A stretch of 64,000 nucleotides of DNA from an uncultured Gemmatimonadales bacterium (GTDB lineage Bacteria > Gemmatimonadota > Gemmatimonadetes > Gemmatimonadales > GWC2-71-9), in NCBI GenBank assembly GCA_963821525.1, contig CAWGED010000005.1, positions 864,001 through 928,000 of the forward strand, written 5' to 3'. The notes under the pieces are model-generated. The model was not told the origin of the DNA and made no database searches. It saw only the letters and a list, made by a program, of their open reading frames with translations. Position numbers and translations under genes: made by a program. Shown here in pieces: positions 41,760 through 53,025 of the stretch; position 1 is the first letter of the stretch; each line of letters begins with the position of its first letter.

Positions 41760-42632
41760 ATGACCGATTCGCTGATTGCGACGCTGCGCAGCCAGTTCCA
41801 GGCGATCTCGCTCCGGCTCGACCAGGCCGGCTCCAATGCGGAGCGAGAGGCGGCCAAGCGGGAAATCATCGCCTACTTCAAGAAGGTGGATTCCACACTG
41901 GGCGAGCTCACCCAGTTGAAGGAAGACATCCGCGGACTGGTTGACCGCTACAAGCAGCTCCAGGCGTCGACCGATACCGCCCAGGCGCCGCAGTTCACCG
42001 GCGCCCGGCCGATGGTGCATGCCGACCACATCGGCGCCTCGACCTTCATCGAAAAGGGATGGAGCCTCATCTCCCTCGGTGATTACGCCGGGGCGATTCA
42101 GTCGCTCGACAAGGCGCTCCAGCTTTCACCGGCGGATGTCCAGGCCCAGTCGCTGCTCGGCTGGGCCCAGATGCTCCACGAGGATTACGACGACGCGCTG
42201 GCCACCTTCTCGAAAGTCTTGATGAAGGAGCCGGCGAATTCCCTGGCCCGCATCAACGTGGGCTACATCTGCCTCAAGAAGCGGATCTTCGGAGAGGCGA
42301 TCGAGCACCTGTCCAAGGCCATCCGGCTCGACAATGACCGGAAAGCCACGCTGTACGCCCACTACTATCTCGGGCTGGTCTACCTCGAGCGGGAGATGTT
42401 CGAGGACGCCCAGACCTTCTTTCAGAAGACCCTCAACCTCGGTCCCAATCTGATCGAGGCCTACTACGAGCTGGGCCGCGCTTCCTGGTTCATGGGAGAC
42501 AAGACCGCCGCTAGCGGCGCCTGGGAAGAGGGCTTCAAGGCCAACAAGTTCAATCCGTGGGGCAAACGCTGTAAGGAAATGCTCGATCTCGTCGCCTCCG
42601 GAGGAGAGCCGCCGCGCACGTCCTCCGCCTGA
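41760..42632 (+). CDS. Coiled-coil plus TPR protein
   Basis: N-terminal helical/coiled-coil segment followed by about five TPRs (ARINVGYICLKK, AHYYLGLVYLER, AYYELGRA). Confidence 0.85.
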   Translation: MTDSLIATLRSQFQAISLRLDQAGSNAEREAAKREIIAYFKKVDSTLGELTQLKEDIRGLVDRYKQLQASTDTAQAPQFTGARPMVHADHIGASTFIEKGWSLISLGDYAGAIQSLDKALQLSPADVQAQSLLGWAQMLHEDYDDALATFSKVLMKEPANSLARINVGYICLKKRIFGEAIEHLSKAIRLDNDRKATLYAHYYLGLVYLEREMFEDAQTFFQKTLNLGPNLIEAYYELGRASWFMGDKTAASGAWEEGFKANKFNPWGKRCKEMLDLVASGGEPPRTSSA

Positions 42633-42643
42633 TCTATCTGCTG

Positions 42644-43512
42644 GTGCAGGCCGCAGACTCGCTGACTCACGCCATGGTCGGTCGGGTCAGAGTCGTGGCT
42701 CGGGAGAAAGATCTCGCTCTCGGCATTCGCCTCGCCGAATCGGTGGACCGCCCGTTCGCCTGGCCGGGCCTCGGCCGCCGCGCACCGCCTCCCTTTACTC
42801 TGATTCTGGCTGCCGACTCGGCGACCATGTCCCGCATCGCCAGCGGTCGTGCGCCGGGCTGGGGAGCCGGGATCACTCTGCCTTCGGCTCGCACCATCGT
42901 TCTGCGCAGCGACCTCGGCGGTCTCGACCAGACGCTGCGCCATGAAGTGGCCCATCTGGCCCTGCACGATGCAGTCCCGGGGAGAGTCCCACTCTGGTTC
43001 GATGAGGGATATGCCTCGCTGGCTTCGGGAGAGTTCGAGCGGCTGATCACGCTCCAGCTCAACCTTTCGGTGGTTGCGAGGGCGGCTGCCGTCGCTTCGG
43101 GAGCTCGATAGTGACCTGAGGGGTTCGGCCCGCACCGCCGATGCCGCCTATGGTCTCGCCGCTTCAGCGGTGGCCGAGATCGCGCGGCATCCCGCGCCGG
43201 GTGGGCTGGAGCGATTGTTCAGCCGTATGGCCGCAGGCGATGATTTCGAGCAGAGTCTCATCGCGGCAACCGGGCTGACCCTCCGACAGATTCGAGAAGT
43301 CGTGGCAGGCAGGCGTTCGCCGGCGTTACGGTTTCATCGCCTGGTTGCTCGCGGGCGGCATTTGGGCTGTGGTGGCGGCTGTCCTTGGTGTCCTCGTATG
43401 GCTGCGCCGCCGCAGCGACCGACCCCGAAGGCTGGCCCTGGACCAGGGCTGGGAGATCGCTCCCCCCGATCCGCCGCCTCCGCCCGTTGACCCGGTCGAT
43501 CCGAAGCAGTAA
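42644..43512 (+). CDS. Peptidase MA-like metallohydrolase with a C-terminal TM (frameshifted; start uncertain)
   Basis: LRHEVAHL...VPLWFDEGYA motif; C-terminal hydrophobic helix. Confidence 0.75.
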
Positions 43513-43515
43513 GCT
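43487..43515 (+). promoter_or_regulatory. Putative sigma70-type promoter
   Basis: TTGACC-N17-TAAGCT directly upstream of the small ORF and tRNA-Val. Confidence 0.6.
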
Positions 43516-43517
43516 CA

Positions 43518-43715
43518 ATGCTTATGCCAAGTTCCGCCACTCCAACGGGTGAACGACACCTCCGGTTCGGCCCCCGAAATGTCATCCTGCTGGGGGCTGC
43601 CGTCGTCTCTCTGGTTGTGGGGTATCTTTGGTTGCATGCCGGTGGCACGACGGGTGCGGCCGCACTCCTCGTGCTCGGGTACTGCGTCCTTTTCCCTCTG
43701 GGCATTGCGCTCTGA
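43518..43715 (+). CDS. Small two-TM membrane protein, DUF3098-like
   Basis: FGPRNVILLGAAVVSLVVGY...LLVLGYCVLFPLGI. Confidence 0.6.
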   Translation: MLMPSSATPTGERHLRFGPRNVILLGAAVVSLVVGYLWLHAGGTTGAAALLVLGYCVLFPLGIAL

Positions 43716-43763
43716 TGCTCGTTGGGTAGTGGAAGGACGCGGTTCCCGTCGGCCTGACTATTC

Positions 43764-43838
43764 GGGCGAATAGCTCAGCTGGTCCAGAGCGCCTGCCTTA
43801 CACGCAGGATGTCGGGGGTTCGAATCCCTCTTCGCCCA
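43764..43838 (+). tRNA. tRNA-Val(TAC)
   Basis: GGGCGAA/TTCGCCC acceptor stem, anticodon arm CCTGC-CTTACAC-GCAGG, GGTTCGAATCC T arm; CCA not encoded. Confidence 0.95.
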
Positions 43839-43963
43839 TAGCGGGACGCCTGGTTGGCGGCCCGCGTGTTGTTCGGGCGGGCCTTGTGCCCCCCCTGGTT
43901 GGGCGTCCACGAGGGTCGCCCATGCGTATTTCGCTCTTCTGCTCCCTTTGCGGAGGCCATGTA

Positions 43964-45683
43964 ATGCGCCTGGTCCGTCTGCTGTCCCTGCCGCTGTTGG
44001 CCGCGATGCCCCTCGCGGCTCTTTCTGCCCAGATTCCCACTCGCCGTCCGGCACCGGGGGCTCCGACCGCCAACGCGCCCCGTTTGCTGGTAGCGAACCC
44101 CCATACGTTTTCGACTCAGGATTCCGCCTCCAGCGTCCTGATCGGTCAGGGAATTCGGGGCCGGATGGAGAAGGTGGTCGGCGTCCAGTTTCGCTGTTCT
44201 CGACCCGGGAACAGATGAACGACGCGCTGAAGCAGTTCGGCTATCCACCCGATGCGATCCTCGCCTCCACGGTCCAGAAGCAGTTCGGTAACGCCCTTCA
44301 GGCCCGCGCGCTGGTCTCTTCGACTCTTTCCAAAGATCAGAGTGGCCGCTTCTCGGTGACCTCGCGGCTCGCGGGCCTCAACGACGACGCGGGCAATGTG
44401 GTGGTCGTAACTCAGGCGCGCGAGCCAGAAGCTGGATGAAATGGGCGGCTCGGTCGCCGATGCGTTGCAGCCCGCGGTCAAGAGCTTCAACGATGCGCGG
44501 GCCTGCATCGATCAGAGCAAGGCGGCGCCGGACAAGGCCATCGCCTCGGCCAAGAAGGCTATCACCGCACTTCCGAAGAATGGTCTGGCCCATCTCTGCC
44601 TCGGACTGATCGCGCTGGACAAGAAGACGAACAAGGACAGCGCCGAGGCGATGGAGCATCTGCAACAGGGGGTGGAAGGAGACCCGCTGAGTCTCAAGGG
44701 CTGGACTACTCTCGCGCAGATCTACGAGGCTAAGGGCGACACGAACAAGACGGTGGACGCGCTGAAGCAGATGCTGCTGGTCGCACCCACCAACCAGACC
44801 CTGCGCGAGCAGGCCTTCAAGCTGTTCATCAAGTACGAGCGTCCCGACGCCGCCGAGCAAACCGCCTTGGACGGGCTCAAGATCGACCCGACCAACGCCG
44901 ATCTCTATGACCTGCTGAGCAACGCCCGGGTCTTCAAGGGCGATTTCGCGGGAGCGGTCGCCGCGCTGGAGCAGATGGTGGCCAATGATTCCACCAAGGC
45001 GGACAGCTCGTTTTATCTGAAGATTACCGTGATGGCGAGTCAGAAGCCTGATACTGCCAAACTTCTCAAGTGGGCTGCCGAGGGCAGCAAGAAGTATCCA
45101 GACTAACCTCGCCCTGCTGAACCAGCTGGTCGCGGCGTATCAGTTGACCGGACCGGTCGACAGCCAGGTTACCACCACCAAGCGGTTGATGGAGAAGGAC
45201 ACCACGGCCATAGGGCCCGCCCTCGCCACGGCGCAGGCGCTGGTCACCGCGAATCGCGCGAACGAGGCCCAACCATTCCTCGATTTCGTGACCAAATACG
45301 GCGACGCCCAGGCCAAGGAAGGGGTGTCGGTCATCCTGTTCAACATCGCGCGTCCCTTGCTGCAGCCGCCGCAGAACTGGCCCGAAGCCGCCACCAAGCT
45401 TCGTCAGGTCGTGGCGACCGCGAATCCCAGCGGCAAGATTTACCCGCTGGCCAACTACTACCTCGGGCTGTCGATCCTGCAGCAGATCCCGCCGCTCGAT
45501 GCGCAGGCGGAGAAGGAAAAATCCTGCGACAAGGCCAAACAGGAGGAGTCCATGGCGGCGGAGGCGGAAGCTGCCTTCAAGCTGGCACCTCCGGACCAGG
45601 CTCAGAATCTGGGGCAGTTCCAGAAGTATCTCGATGGCCTGAAACCGCGCATCGCGTCGATGCTTAAGGTCTACTGCAAGTAG
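43964..45683 (+). CDS. Secreted TPR-repeat protein (frameshifted)
   Basis: GGAGG RBS, signal peptide MRLVRLLSLPLLAAMPLAALSAQ, TPR-like helices in ORFs 44441 and 45144. Confidence 0.75.
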
Positions 45684-45750
45684 GGACGAGCGGGTGGTCG
45701 TCCCCTACCAATACGGGGGTCTGGTTCCTATATTCCCGCCCGCTCAATCA

Positions 45751-45825
45751 GGGGCTGTAGCTCAGCTTGGTTAGAGTGCCGCACTGTCACTGCGGAGGTC
45801 GCGGGTTCGAGCCCCGTCAGCCCCG
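45751..45825 (+). tRNA. tRNA-Asp(GTC)
   Basis: GGGGCTG/CAGCCCC acceptor stem, anticodon arm CCGCA-CTGTCAC-TGCGG, GGTTCGAGCCC T arm. Confidence 0.95.
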
Positions 45826-45843
45826 CTCCTTTGGGTTCGAGTC

Positions 45844-45882
45844 GACACCCCGTCCGCTGCTGCGGGCGGGGTGTCTCGCTTT
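45844..45882 (+). terminator. Hairpin after tRNA-Asp (terminator or processing signal)
   Basis: GACACCCCGTCCGC-TGCT-GCGGGCGGGGTGTC then TCGCTTT. Confidence 0.6.
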
Positions 45883-45898
45883 CGCGCGCTGAGTTCCG

Positions 45899-46814
45899 GT
45901 GACCCAACCTCCGTCCTACCACGAACCGGTTCTTCTCCGAGAAATACTCGAAGCCGCTCAAGGAGCGCGCCGGGTGGTGGACGCTACCCTGGGCGGGGGC
46001 GGCCACGCCGCCGCCTTCGTGGAGGCCGGAGCACAGGTGCTGGGGATCGACCGTGATCCCGAGGCGCTTGCCGCCGCCCGCGAGGTCCTCGACAGCCGGA
46101 TCGAATACCTGTTCGCCTCGTTCAGTGACCCGGCTGCTCTCCAAGCCATCACCGCGTTCCATCCCGACTTCATCCTGCTCGACCTGGGGGTGTCCTCCCA
46201 CCAGCTCGACGAAGAGGCTCGCGGGTTCAGCTTCCGGCCCGGCGCGCCGCTGGACATGCGGATGGGAGGCTCCGGAGCCACCGCCGCCGACCTGCTCAAT
46301 GAACTTGGCAGCGAGGAACTGCGCGAGGATTTTCGCCGAGTATGGGGACGAGTCCCGCGCCGGCCGGTTGGCGCAGGCCGTGGTGAGGCGCAGGTCGCGC
46401 CAGCAATTCGCAACCAGCGATGATCTGGTCAACGCGATTCGTAGCGTGCTCGGACCCCGCTCCGGGCCGGGGGACTTCGCCCGGCTCTTCCAGGCGGTCC
46501 GGATCGCGGTGAACGACGAACTCTCCGGGCTGGCGCGTGCTTTGCCTTCGATGCTGGAAGCATTGGTTCCCGATGGGGGACTAGCGGCGATCAGTTATCA
46601 TTCAGGCGAGGATCGCATCGTAAAGCACGCCTTTCAGGAATGGGCGCGGGCGTGCGTCTGTCCCCCCGGCACGCCGGTGTGTACCTGCCGTGGCCGGGCT
46701 CTGGGGAAGGTCAGGCCCCGGAAGCCGGTGAGACCATCACTCGAGGAAGCCGCCCGAAATCCCCGCGCCCGCAGCGCCAAACTGCGGGTCTTCCAGAAAG
46801 CCGATGACGTTTAG
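45899..46814 (+). CDS. rsmH: 16S rRNA m4C1402 methyltransferase (frameshift near 46330)
   Basis: HEPVLLRE, DATLGGGGH, DLGVSSHQLD, PLDMRM, FQAVRIAVNDEL, NPRARSAKLR. Confidence 0.95.
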
Positions 46815-47094
46815 AGGTCGCCACTGGATCATGCTCTGGCTGCTGCTCTTCCTGGGCGTGGCCGCGATCGTGCTCGCGCGCCGGACCGCGGCGTTGGAGA
46901 CCGCGCGGCGACTCAACGTCCTTCGAGAAGAGCGTACCGGGCTGGAGGCAGAGCGTGCCGCGCTTCAGCGCGACCTTCGCCTCACCCTCGGACGCCAGGA
47001 ACTCGGCCGCAGGGCGGAGAATCGCCTCGGTCTGCACCAGCCGGCCGACTCCGAGTTCACCGTCTTCCGCCTTCCCGCGCCTGACCACCGGTAA
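46804..47094 (+). CDS. ftsL: Cell division protein FtsL
   Basis: Single TM plus leucine zipper, located between rsmH and ftsI. Confidence 0.75.
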   Translation: MTFRGRHWIMLWLLLFLGVAAIVLARRTAALETARRLNVLREERTGLEAERAALQRDLRLTLGRQELGRRAENRLGLHQPADSEFTVFRLPAPDHR

Positions 47095-49062
47095 TGGCCA
47101 AGGTCACCACCCGCATCGCGTCGCTCGAAGTCGTCTTCGTCCTGGCCGTGGTGGCCGTGCTGGGGCGGGCAGCGCAACTGCAGATTGTCCAGCGCTCCCA
47201 GTGGGAATCCGAGGCCGAAGAGCAACGCAAGCTTCGGGTGGTGCTGCCGGCCCGCCGGGGCGGGATCTATGACAGGGGCGGCGTTGCCCTGGCGATTACC
47301 CAGGAATACTTCCACGTCGGCATCGCCCCCAATGAGGTCGAGGGCCGTTCGGCGACCATCACTGCCGTAGCCCGCAGCCTCGAACTGCCTGCCTCGCGGT
47401 TGCGGCGTGATTTCGCCAAGAACCCGAAGTGGATCTACTACCACGGCCCCTTCACCGGTATGCAGGTCCAGGCTCTGCGCAAGATGCCCGGCATTCACCT
47501 CACTCCGGAATTCGCCCGGCACTACCCGGCCGGATCCCTGGCGCGTTCGGTGATCGGCGGTCTGAACGCCGACAGCGGAAACGGAGCGTCGGGCATCGAG
47601 CTCGTCACTGGATTCGATCCTGACGGGCGTCCCCGGAGAAGAGGTGGTACTGCGGGACCGGGCCGGCCGGCGCTACGAGTCGCCCTCACGGCTGGTGAGC
47701 GACCCGGTTCCCGGCGAGGACGTGTATCTCACGCTGGATGCGGAGCTGCAGGAGATCGCGGAACACGGCCTGGACGAGGCGATCGAAAGGCTCCAGGCGG
47801 CCGGGGGCGACGTGGTCTTCATGGACCCTTCGACCGGCGAACTCCTGGCCCTCGCCTCAAGCCGCAGGGTCGATCACGATCTGATCGGCAATCGGCCCTC
47901 GTTCTTCACGGACCCCTTCGAGCCGGGCTCGACTGCCAAGCTCTTCACCGCGGCGGCGCTGTTGTCGCTCCACCGGGTTGATAGCACCGACGAGGTGTAC
48001 GGCGAGGAGGGGAAGTGGGTGATGCCGGTGACCAGCCGGCAAACCCGGACCATTAACGACACGCACGTGTCGCACGGCAATCTGACCCTGGCCAAGGCGA
48101 TCGAGGTATCGAGCAACATCGCCATGGCAAAGTTCTCCCAGCGGCTTTCGGCGACGGAACAGTACGACGCCCTGCGAGACTTCGGCTTCGGCAGTCCCAC
48201 CGGTGTCGAGTTCCCCTCCGAGGCACGCGGCCGTCTCCCGACGCCGGACCAGTGGAAGCCGGGATACAACGGCCCCAGCGTCGCCATGGGTTATTCGTTT
48301 GGCGTGACACCGGTTCAGCTGGCGGCGGCCTACGCCGCGCTCGCCAACGATGGCGTGCTGTTGACGCCGACGCTCATCCGCGAAGTCCGGAGCCCGGAGG
48401 GCGAGGTGCGCTATCGCCACAAGCCTGAGCCGGTCCGTCGGGCAGCGCGGCGCGAGGTGGTGCGTACCCTCCGGGAGTACCTGGCGGGCGCGGTCGGTGA
48501 GGGAGGTACCGGAGAGAGGGCGCAGATGGTGAATTACACGCTGATGGGGAAGACTGGCACGTCTAAGCGGTTCGAGGGGGGCCACTACGTCACCGGAAGC
48601 TTCACGGCGTCCTTCGCTGCGCTCTTCCCGGCGGACGATCCCCAGCTCGTCGTGATCGTGAAGATCGACGATCCCAAGGGTGACTATTACGGCGGCCAGA
48701 CGGCGGCTCCCGTCACCCGCAGCATGCTGCAGGAAGCCCTCGCGGCCCGGCGCAGCGCCATCGACCGCAAGCGGCTGGCGACCAGCGAGGCTCCCGCGTC
48801 CAGCGACACAGCCTCCCGGGCGGAGCCCGAGGCCGAGACCAGCGTGGTCGTGCCGTGGCCGCTGCGTGGCGACAGCACCAAGCCCCGCGACCTTCGCCCG
48901 GTGCCGAATGTGATCGGCGCCAACCTGCGCAAGGCGGCTGTCGCGATTCACAGGCGTGGCTTCCAGGTGGCGTTGCGGGGCAGTGGCCAGGTCGTACGCA
49001 CCGCTCCCGCTGCTGGTGATTCGCTCACCGCAGGGGGTACCGTGACGGTATGGGCCCAGTGA
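47094..49062 (+). CDS. ftsI: Class B PBP FtsI with C-terminal PASTA domain (frameshift near 47605)
   Basis: RGGIYDR, EPGSTAK (SxxK), SSN, KTGT; PASTA-like VPNVIG. Confidence 0.93.
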
Positions 49063-50522
49063 ACGGCCGCCCGCTGAGCGAACTGGTGCTGGCCCTGCGA
49101 CGCGAGGGCCTCGTGGCCCAGGGGCCGACGTCCTCGGTCAGCCTGAGCGGGCTCACTGCGGACAGTCGCAGCGTCGCCTCCGGCAACGCCTTCATCGCGG
49201 TGCGCGGCTCCCAGTCCGATGGACACCAGTTCGTGGCCGACGCCGTGAAACGTGGCGCCGCGGCTCTGGTCGTGGAGCAGCCGATGGGCAGTGGGGTCCC
49301 CGAGATCGTGGTGGTCGATGCCCGGCGCGCGGCGATCGCCGCCGGCAGGTTCTGGTACGGCGATCCCGCCCGGAAGCTCTGCCTCATCGGCATCACCGGT
49401 ACCAACGGGAAAACCACGACGACGGCCCTGGTTCGCCACCTCTTCAATGGCGAGGGCAAGGCGGGGAGCATCGGGACCCTGGGCGCTTTCGATGGCCTGG
49501 GCAAGCCGGTCGACTCCACCGCTGGCTCACTCACTACACCGGGGCCGATCGATCTGCAGGCGACGCTGGCCGCCATGGTCGCACGCGGGGTGACTCATGT
49601 CGCCATGGAGACTTCATCCCATAGCCTGGATCAGGGCCGGCTCGACGGCCTGTGCTTCGACGCGGGAATTTTTACCAACCTGACCCGCGATCACCTCGAT
49701 TATCACCGTACGATGGAGTCGTACCTCGCGGCCAAGCTCCGGCTGAGTGGATACCTTGGGCTCGAAGGCTGGGAGATCGTCAATCAGGATGATCCTGCCT
49801 GGGCCGCGCTGCCCTTGCGCAGCCGCCGGCTCAGCTATGGCTTCACTACCGGCTCGCAGGTCTCGGCCACCGACATTCAGCAGGATCATTCGGGGAGCCG
49901 GTTCAAGCTCTCCGCTCCGCAAGGCGAGGAGCACGTCACCCTGCCGCTCCTCGGCGAATTCAACATTCACAACGCCCTCGCCGCGGCGGCGACGGCTCTT
50001 GCGCTGGGACAATCGGTGGCCCGCGTTGCGGCTGGATTGACCGCCGCTCCTCAGGTGCCGGGGCGCATGGAGCGCATCGTCGAGCGTCCCTGTGTCGTGC
50101 TGCGCGACTACGCCCATACTCCCGACGCCCTGGAGCGCGCGCTGCAGAGTCTACGCCCACTGACCCCCGGCCGTCTCATTGTCGTCTTCGGGTGCGGCGG
50201 CGATCGCGACCGCGGCAAGCGGCCGGTGATGGGTCGCATCGCGGCGACGCTCTCCGATCTCGCGATCGTCACCTCGGACAATCCGCGCACCGAAGATCCC
50301 GACGGGATCATCGCCGATGTGGAGCAGGGAATGGGCAGCGCCTCTCATCTCCGGATGGTGGATCGCCGCGACGCGATTCGTGCGGCGCTCGATGCCGGCC
50401 GCTCTGGAGATACCATTCTGCTCGCCGGGAAGGGGCACGAGACCTACCAGGTGGTGGGCACGACGAAGCTGCCGTTCGACGAACGGGAAATCGTGAGCGA
50501 GATCGTGAGCGGCGAGCGGTGA
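49059..50522 (+). CDS. murE: UDP-MurNAc-dipeptide:meso-DAP ligase
   Basis: GITGTNGKTT, DYAHTPD, DNPR motif (mDAP specificity), AGKGHE. Confidence 0.96.
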   Translation: MNGRPLSELVLALRREGLVAQGPTSSVSLSGLTADSRSVASGNAFIAVRGSQSDGHQFVADAVKRGAAALVVEQPMGSGVPEIVVVDARRAAIAAGRFWYGDPARKLCLIGITGTNGKTTTTALVRHLFNGEGKAGSIGTLGAFDGLGKPVDSTAGSLTTPGPIDLQATLAAMVARGVTHVAMETSSHSLDQGRLDGLCFDAGIFTNLTRDHLDYHRTMESYLAAKLRLSGYLGLEGWEIVNQDDPAWAALPLRSRRLSYGFTTGSQVSATDIQQDHSGSRFKLSAPQGEEHVTLPLLGEFNIHNALAAAATALALGQSVARVAAGLTAAPQVPGRMERIVERPCVVLRDYAHTPDALERALQSLRPLTPGRLIVVFGCGGDRDRGKRPVMGRIAATLSDLAIVTSDNPRTEDPDGIIADVEQGMGSASHLRMVDRRDAIRAALDAGRSGDTILLAGKGHETYQVVGTTKLPFDEREIVSEIVSGER

Positions 50523-50532
50523 GCGGTGAGCG
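50505..50532. repeat. Heptamer repeat (GTGAGCG-like) x4 at the murE/murF junction
   Basis: GTGAGCG GCGAGCG GTGAGCG GTGAGCG. Confidence 0.8.
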
Positions 50533-51891
50533 GGGGTGGCAGGGCTGGAGCGACGCCGAGGTGCGTGCCGCGCTGGATCTTCCAGCGGGCGGCGACGGCG
50601 CTGAATACAGCGAGGTGTCAACCGACACCCGGACGCTGCAACCAGGTGCTTTGTTCGTCGCGATCAAGGGGGACCGGTTCGACGGGCACGACCACCTCGA
50701 AGCCGCCCGTGCCGCGGGAGCCAGCGGCCGCGGTGGTGCGCGAGGACATCGAGCCAGTCGCCGGACTCACGTCTCTATCCGGTTGAGGACACGCTCAAGG
50801 CGTATGGCATGCTGGCGCGCCACCGGCGGCGGGCGATCGGGGGGCCGGTGGTCGCGGTCGGTGGAGCAAACGGGAAGACCAGCACCAAGGAGATGTGCGC
50901 CGCCGTACTGCGGACTCGCTACCGTCTCCAATCCACCCCGGCCAACGACAACAACCTGGTAGGGATTCCCAAAACGATTCTCGCGGCACCGGCAGACACG
51001 GAAGCCCTCGTGATCGAAGCCGGCGCCAACATGCGAGGCGAGCTGGCGCAGGCGCGGGAGATCATCGAACCGACGGTTACCGTGACCACCAACGTGGTCC
51101 TGTCACATCTCGACGGTTTCGGCAGCCTGGAGGGGATTCTGGAAGAGGAGCTCGAGCTGCTGGAGGGCGTTCCCCTCGCGCTGGTCGGCACCGAGCCCCC
51201 GAATCTCGCGGACGCCGCTCGGCGGAAGGCACAACGGGTACTGGCCGTGGGCTTGGCAAGAGCCGATCGAGTCCCCCAATCCGTCTCGATGGACTCGACC
51301 GGGCGGGCCACTCTCACGGTGGAGGGGCTTCGAATCACCCTGCCGCTTCTGGGTCAGCATCAGGCCTCGAACGCCATGCTCGCGTGGACGCTTGGCCAGG
51401 AGCTCTCGATCGATCCATCTGCCGCCGCCGAGGCCCTCCGGGGGCTGCGAATTCCCGGAGGACGCGGGGAAATCATTGAGGCTGGCGGGCTGACGATCAT
51501 CAATGACGCCTACAACGCAAACCCCTCATCGTTCATGGCGGCGATCGCCACCGCTCGCGCCATGCGGGCGGGGCGCTCCTTGGTATTCATCGCGGGGACG
51601 ATGCGCGAGCTGGGTCCCGAGTCGGCCCGGCACCACGCAGCCGTCGCCGCCGCGCTGGTGGGGTTAGAGCCCGACCTTCTGGCCGCCGTGGGGGACTTCG
51701 TACCGGTCCTCACCCCTTATTCGGGACGGCTCAAAGACCGCCTGCTGACCGCGCCAGACGCTCCGACTCTCGGGCCGCTGCTCAAGGGACGGCTTCGTGG
51801 CGATGAGCTGGTCGTGCTCAAGGCATCCCGAGGCGTCGCGCTCGAACGTATACTTCCGTTTCTCACCGGACAGGATCACCCCATCCACTGA
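50519..51891 (+). CDS. murF: UDP-MurNAc-tripeptide:D-Ala-D-Ala ligase (frameshifted)
   Basis: STDTRTLQPGALFVAIKGDRFDGH, GANGKTSTKE, INDAYNANP, LKASRG. Confidence 0.93.
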
Positions 51892-51897
51892 GGCGCC

Positions 51898-53025
51898 GTG
51901 CTCTATCACTTGCTCGCGCCGCTGGGCAAGCAGTTCCTGATCTTCAATCTTCTCAATTACATCAGCTTCCGGGCTGCGGCCGCACTGGTCACCGCCATTC
52001 TGATGGCGTTCGTGGTCGGCCCGCCGATCATCGCCCGGCTTCGGGCACGCCGCATCGGACAGGTGATCCGCGCTGAGGGACCCGCGACTCACCAGGGGAA
52101 GCGGGGCACCCCGACCATGGGCGGCCTCATCATTCTGCTTGCGACGATCATCCCGACGTTGTTGTGGGCGCGGCTCAACTCCCGTTTCGTTTGGTTCGCG
52201 GTGCTGGCCACGCTGTGGATGGGCGGCATCGGTTTCATCGATGATTACCTGAAGATCGTCCAGGGGAAGTCCCGCGGACTGGTTGCCAAGTGGAAGTTGG
52301 TGGGACAGGTCTCGTTCGGTGTGGTGCTGGGAACGCTGTTGGTCTTCTTCCCCGTCATACCCACTGAAACCATGCCCGCCGCGGCGACCACGGTTCCGTT
52401 CTTCAAGTTCGTGATCGTGACCTTCGCCTGGTGGCTGTACATCGCCTTCGTCACCGTCGTGATCACCGGCAGCAGCAACGCGGTGAACCTGACCGACGGC
52501 CTCGATGGACTGGCGACCGGGCTCTCCGCCATCTCCGCCGCGGCTTTCGCGTTCTTCGCCTATGTCCTCGGCCGCACCGATACGACCACCTATCTGAACC
52601 TGTTCTACATGCCGGGTGCCGGTGAGTTGACGATCTTCTGCACCGCACTGACCGGTGCCTGTCTGGGATTCCTCTGGTTCAATTCCCACCCGGCCCAGGT
52701 TTTCATGGGAGACACGGGCAGTCTCGCGCTGGGCGGGGCCTTCGGCACGGTAGCGATTCTGCTCAAGGCGGAGTTCCTGCTGTTTCTGATCGGCGGGGTC
52801 TTCGTGGCGGAAGCGATTTCGGTGATCCTTCAGACCAGCGTCTACAAGTGGTTCAAGCGGACGAGGGGGAAGGAATACGCCGACGCACACAAGGTGTTTC
52901 GAATGGCGCCGCTCCATCATCACTTCGAAAAACTCGGCTGGCATGAGAGCACCGTGGTGACGCGGTTCTACATCCTGGGGATCTTCTGCGCCATGGTGGC
53001 TCTCGCCACCCTCAAGTTGCGGTGA
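51898..53025 (+). CDS. mraY: Phospho-MurNAc-pentapeptide transferase
   Basis: TPTMGG, DDY, NAVNLTDGLDGL, FMGDTGS, MAPLHHHFE. Confidence 0.97.
   Translation: MLYHLLAPLGKQFLIFNLLNYISFRAAAALVTAILMAFVVGPPIIARLRARRIGQVIRAEGPATHQGKRGTPTMGGLIILLATIIPTLLWARLNSRFVWFAVLATLWMGGIGFIDDYLKIVQGKSRGLVAKWKLVGQVSFGVVLGTLLVFFPVIPTETMPAAATTVPFFKFVIVTFAWWLYIAFVTVVITGSSNAVNLTDGLDGLATGLSAISAAAFAFFAYVLGRTDTTTYLNLFYMPGAGELTIFCTALTGACLGFLWFNSHPAQVFMGDTGSLALGGAFGTVAILLKAEFLLFLIGGVFVAEAISVILQTSVYKWFKRTRGKEYADAHKVFRMAPLHHHFEKLGWHESTVVTRFYILGIFCAMVALATLKLR

Noticed and set aside
43764..45825. tRNA-flanked genomic island carrying the TPR gene
   Set aside because: No integrase, no duplicated tRNA 3' end, and composition looks like the neighbouring genes
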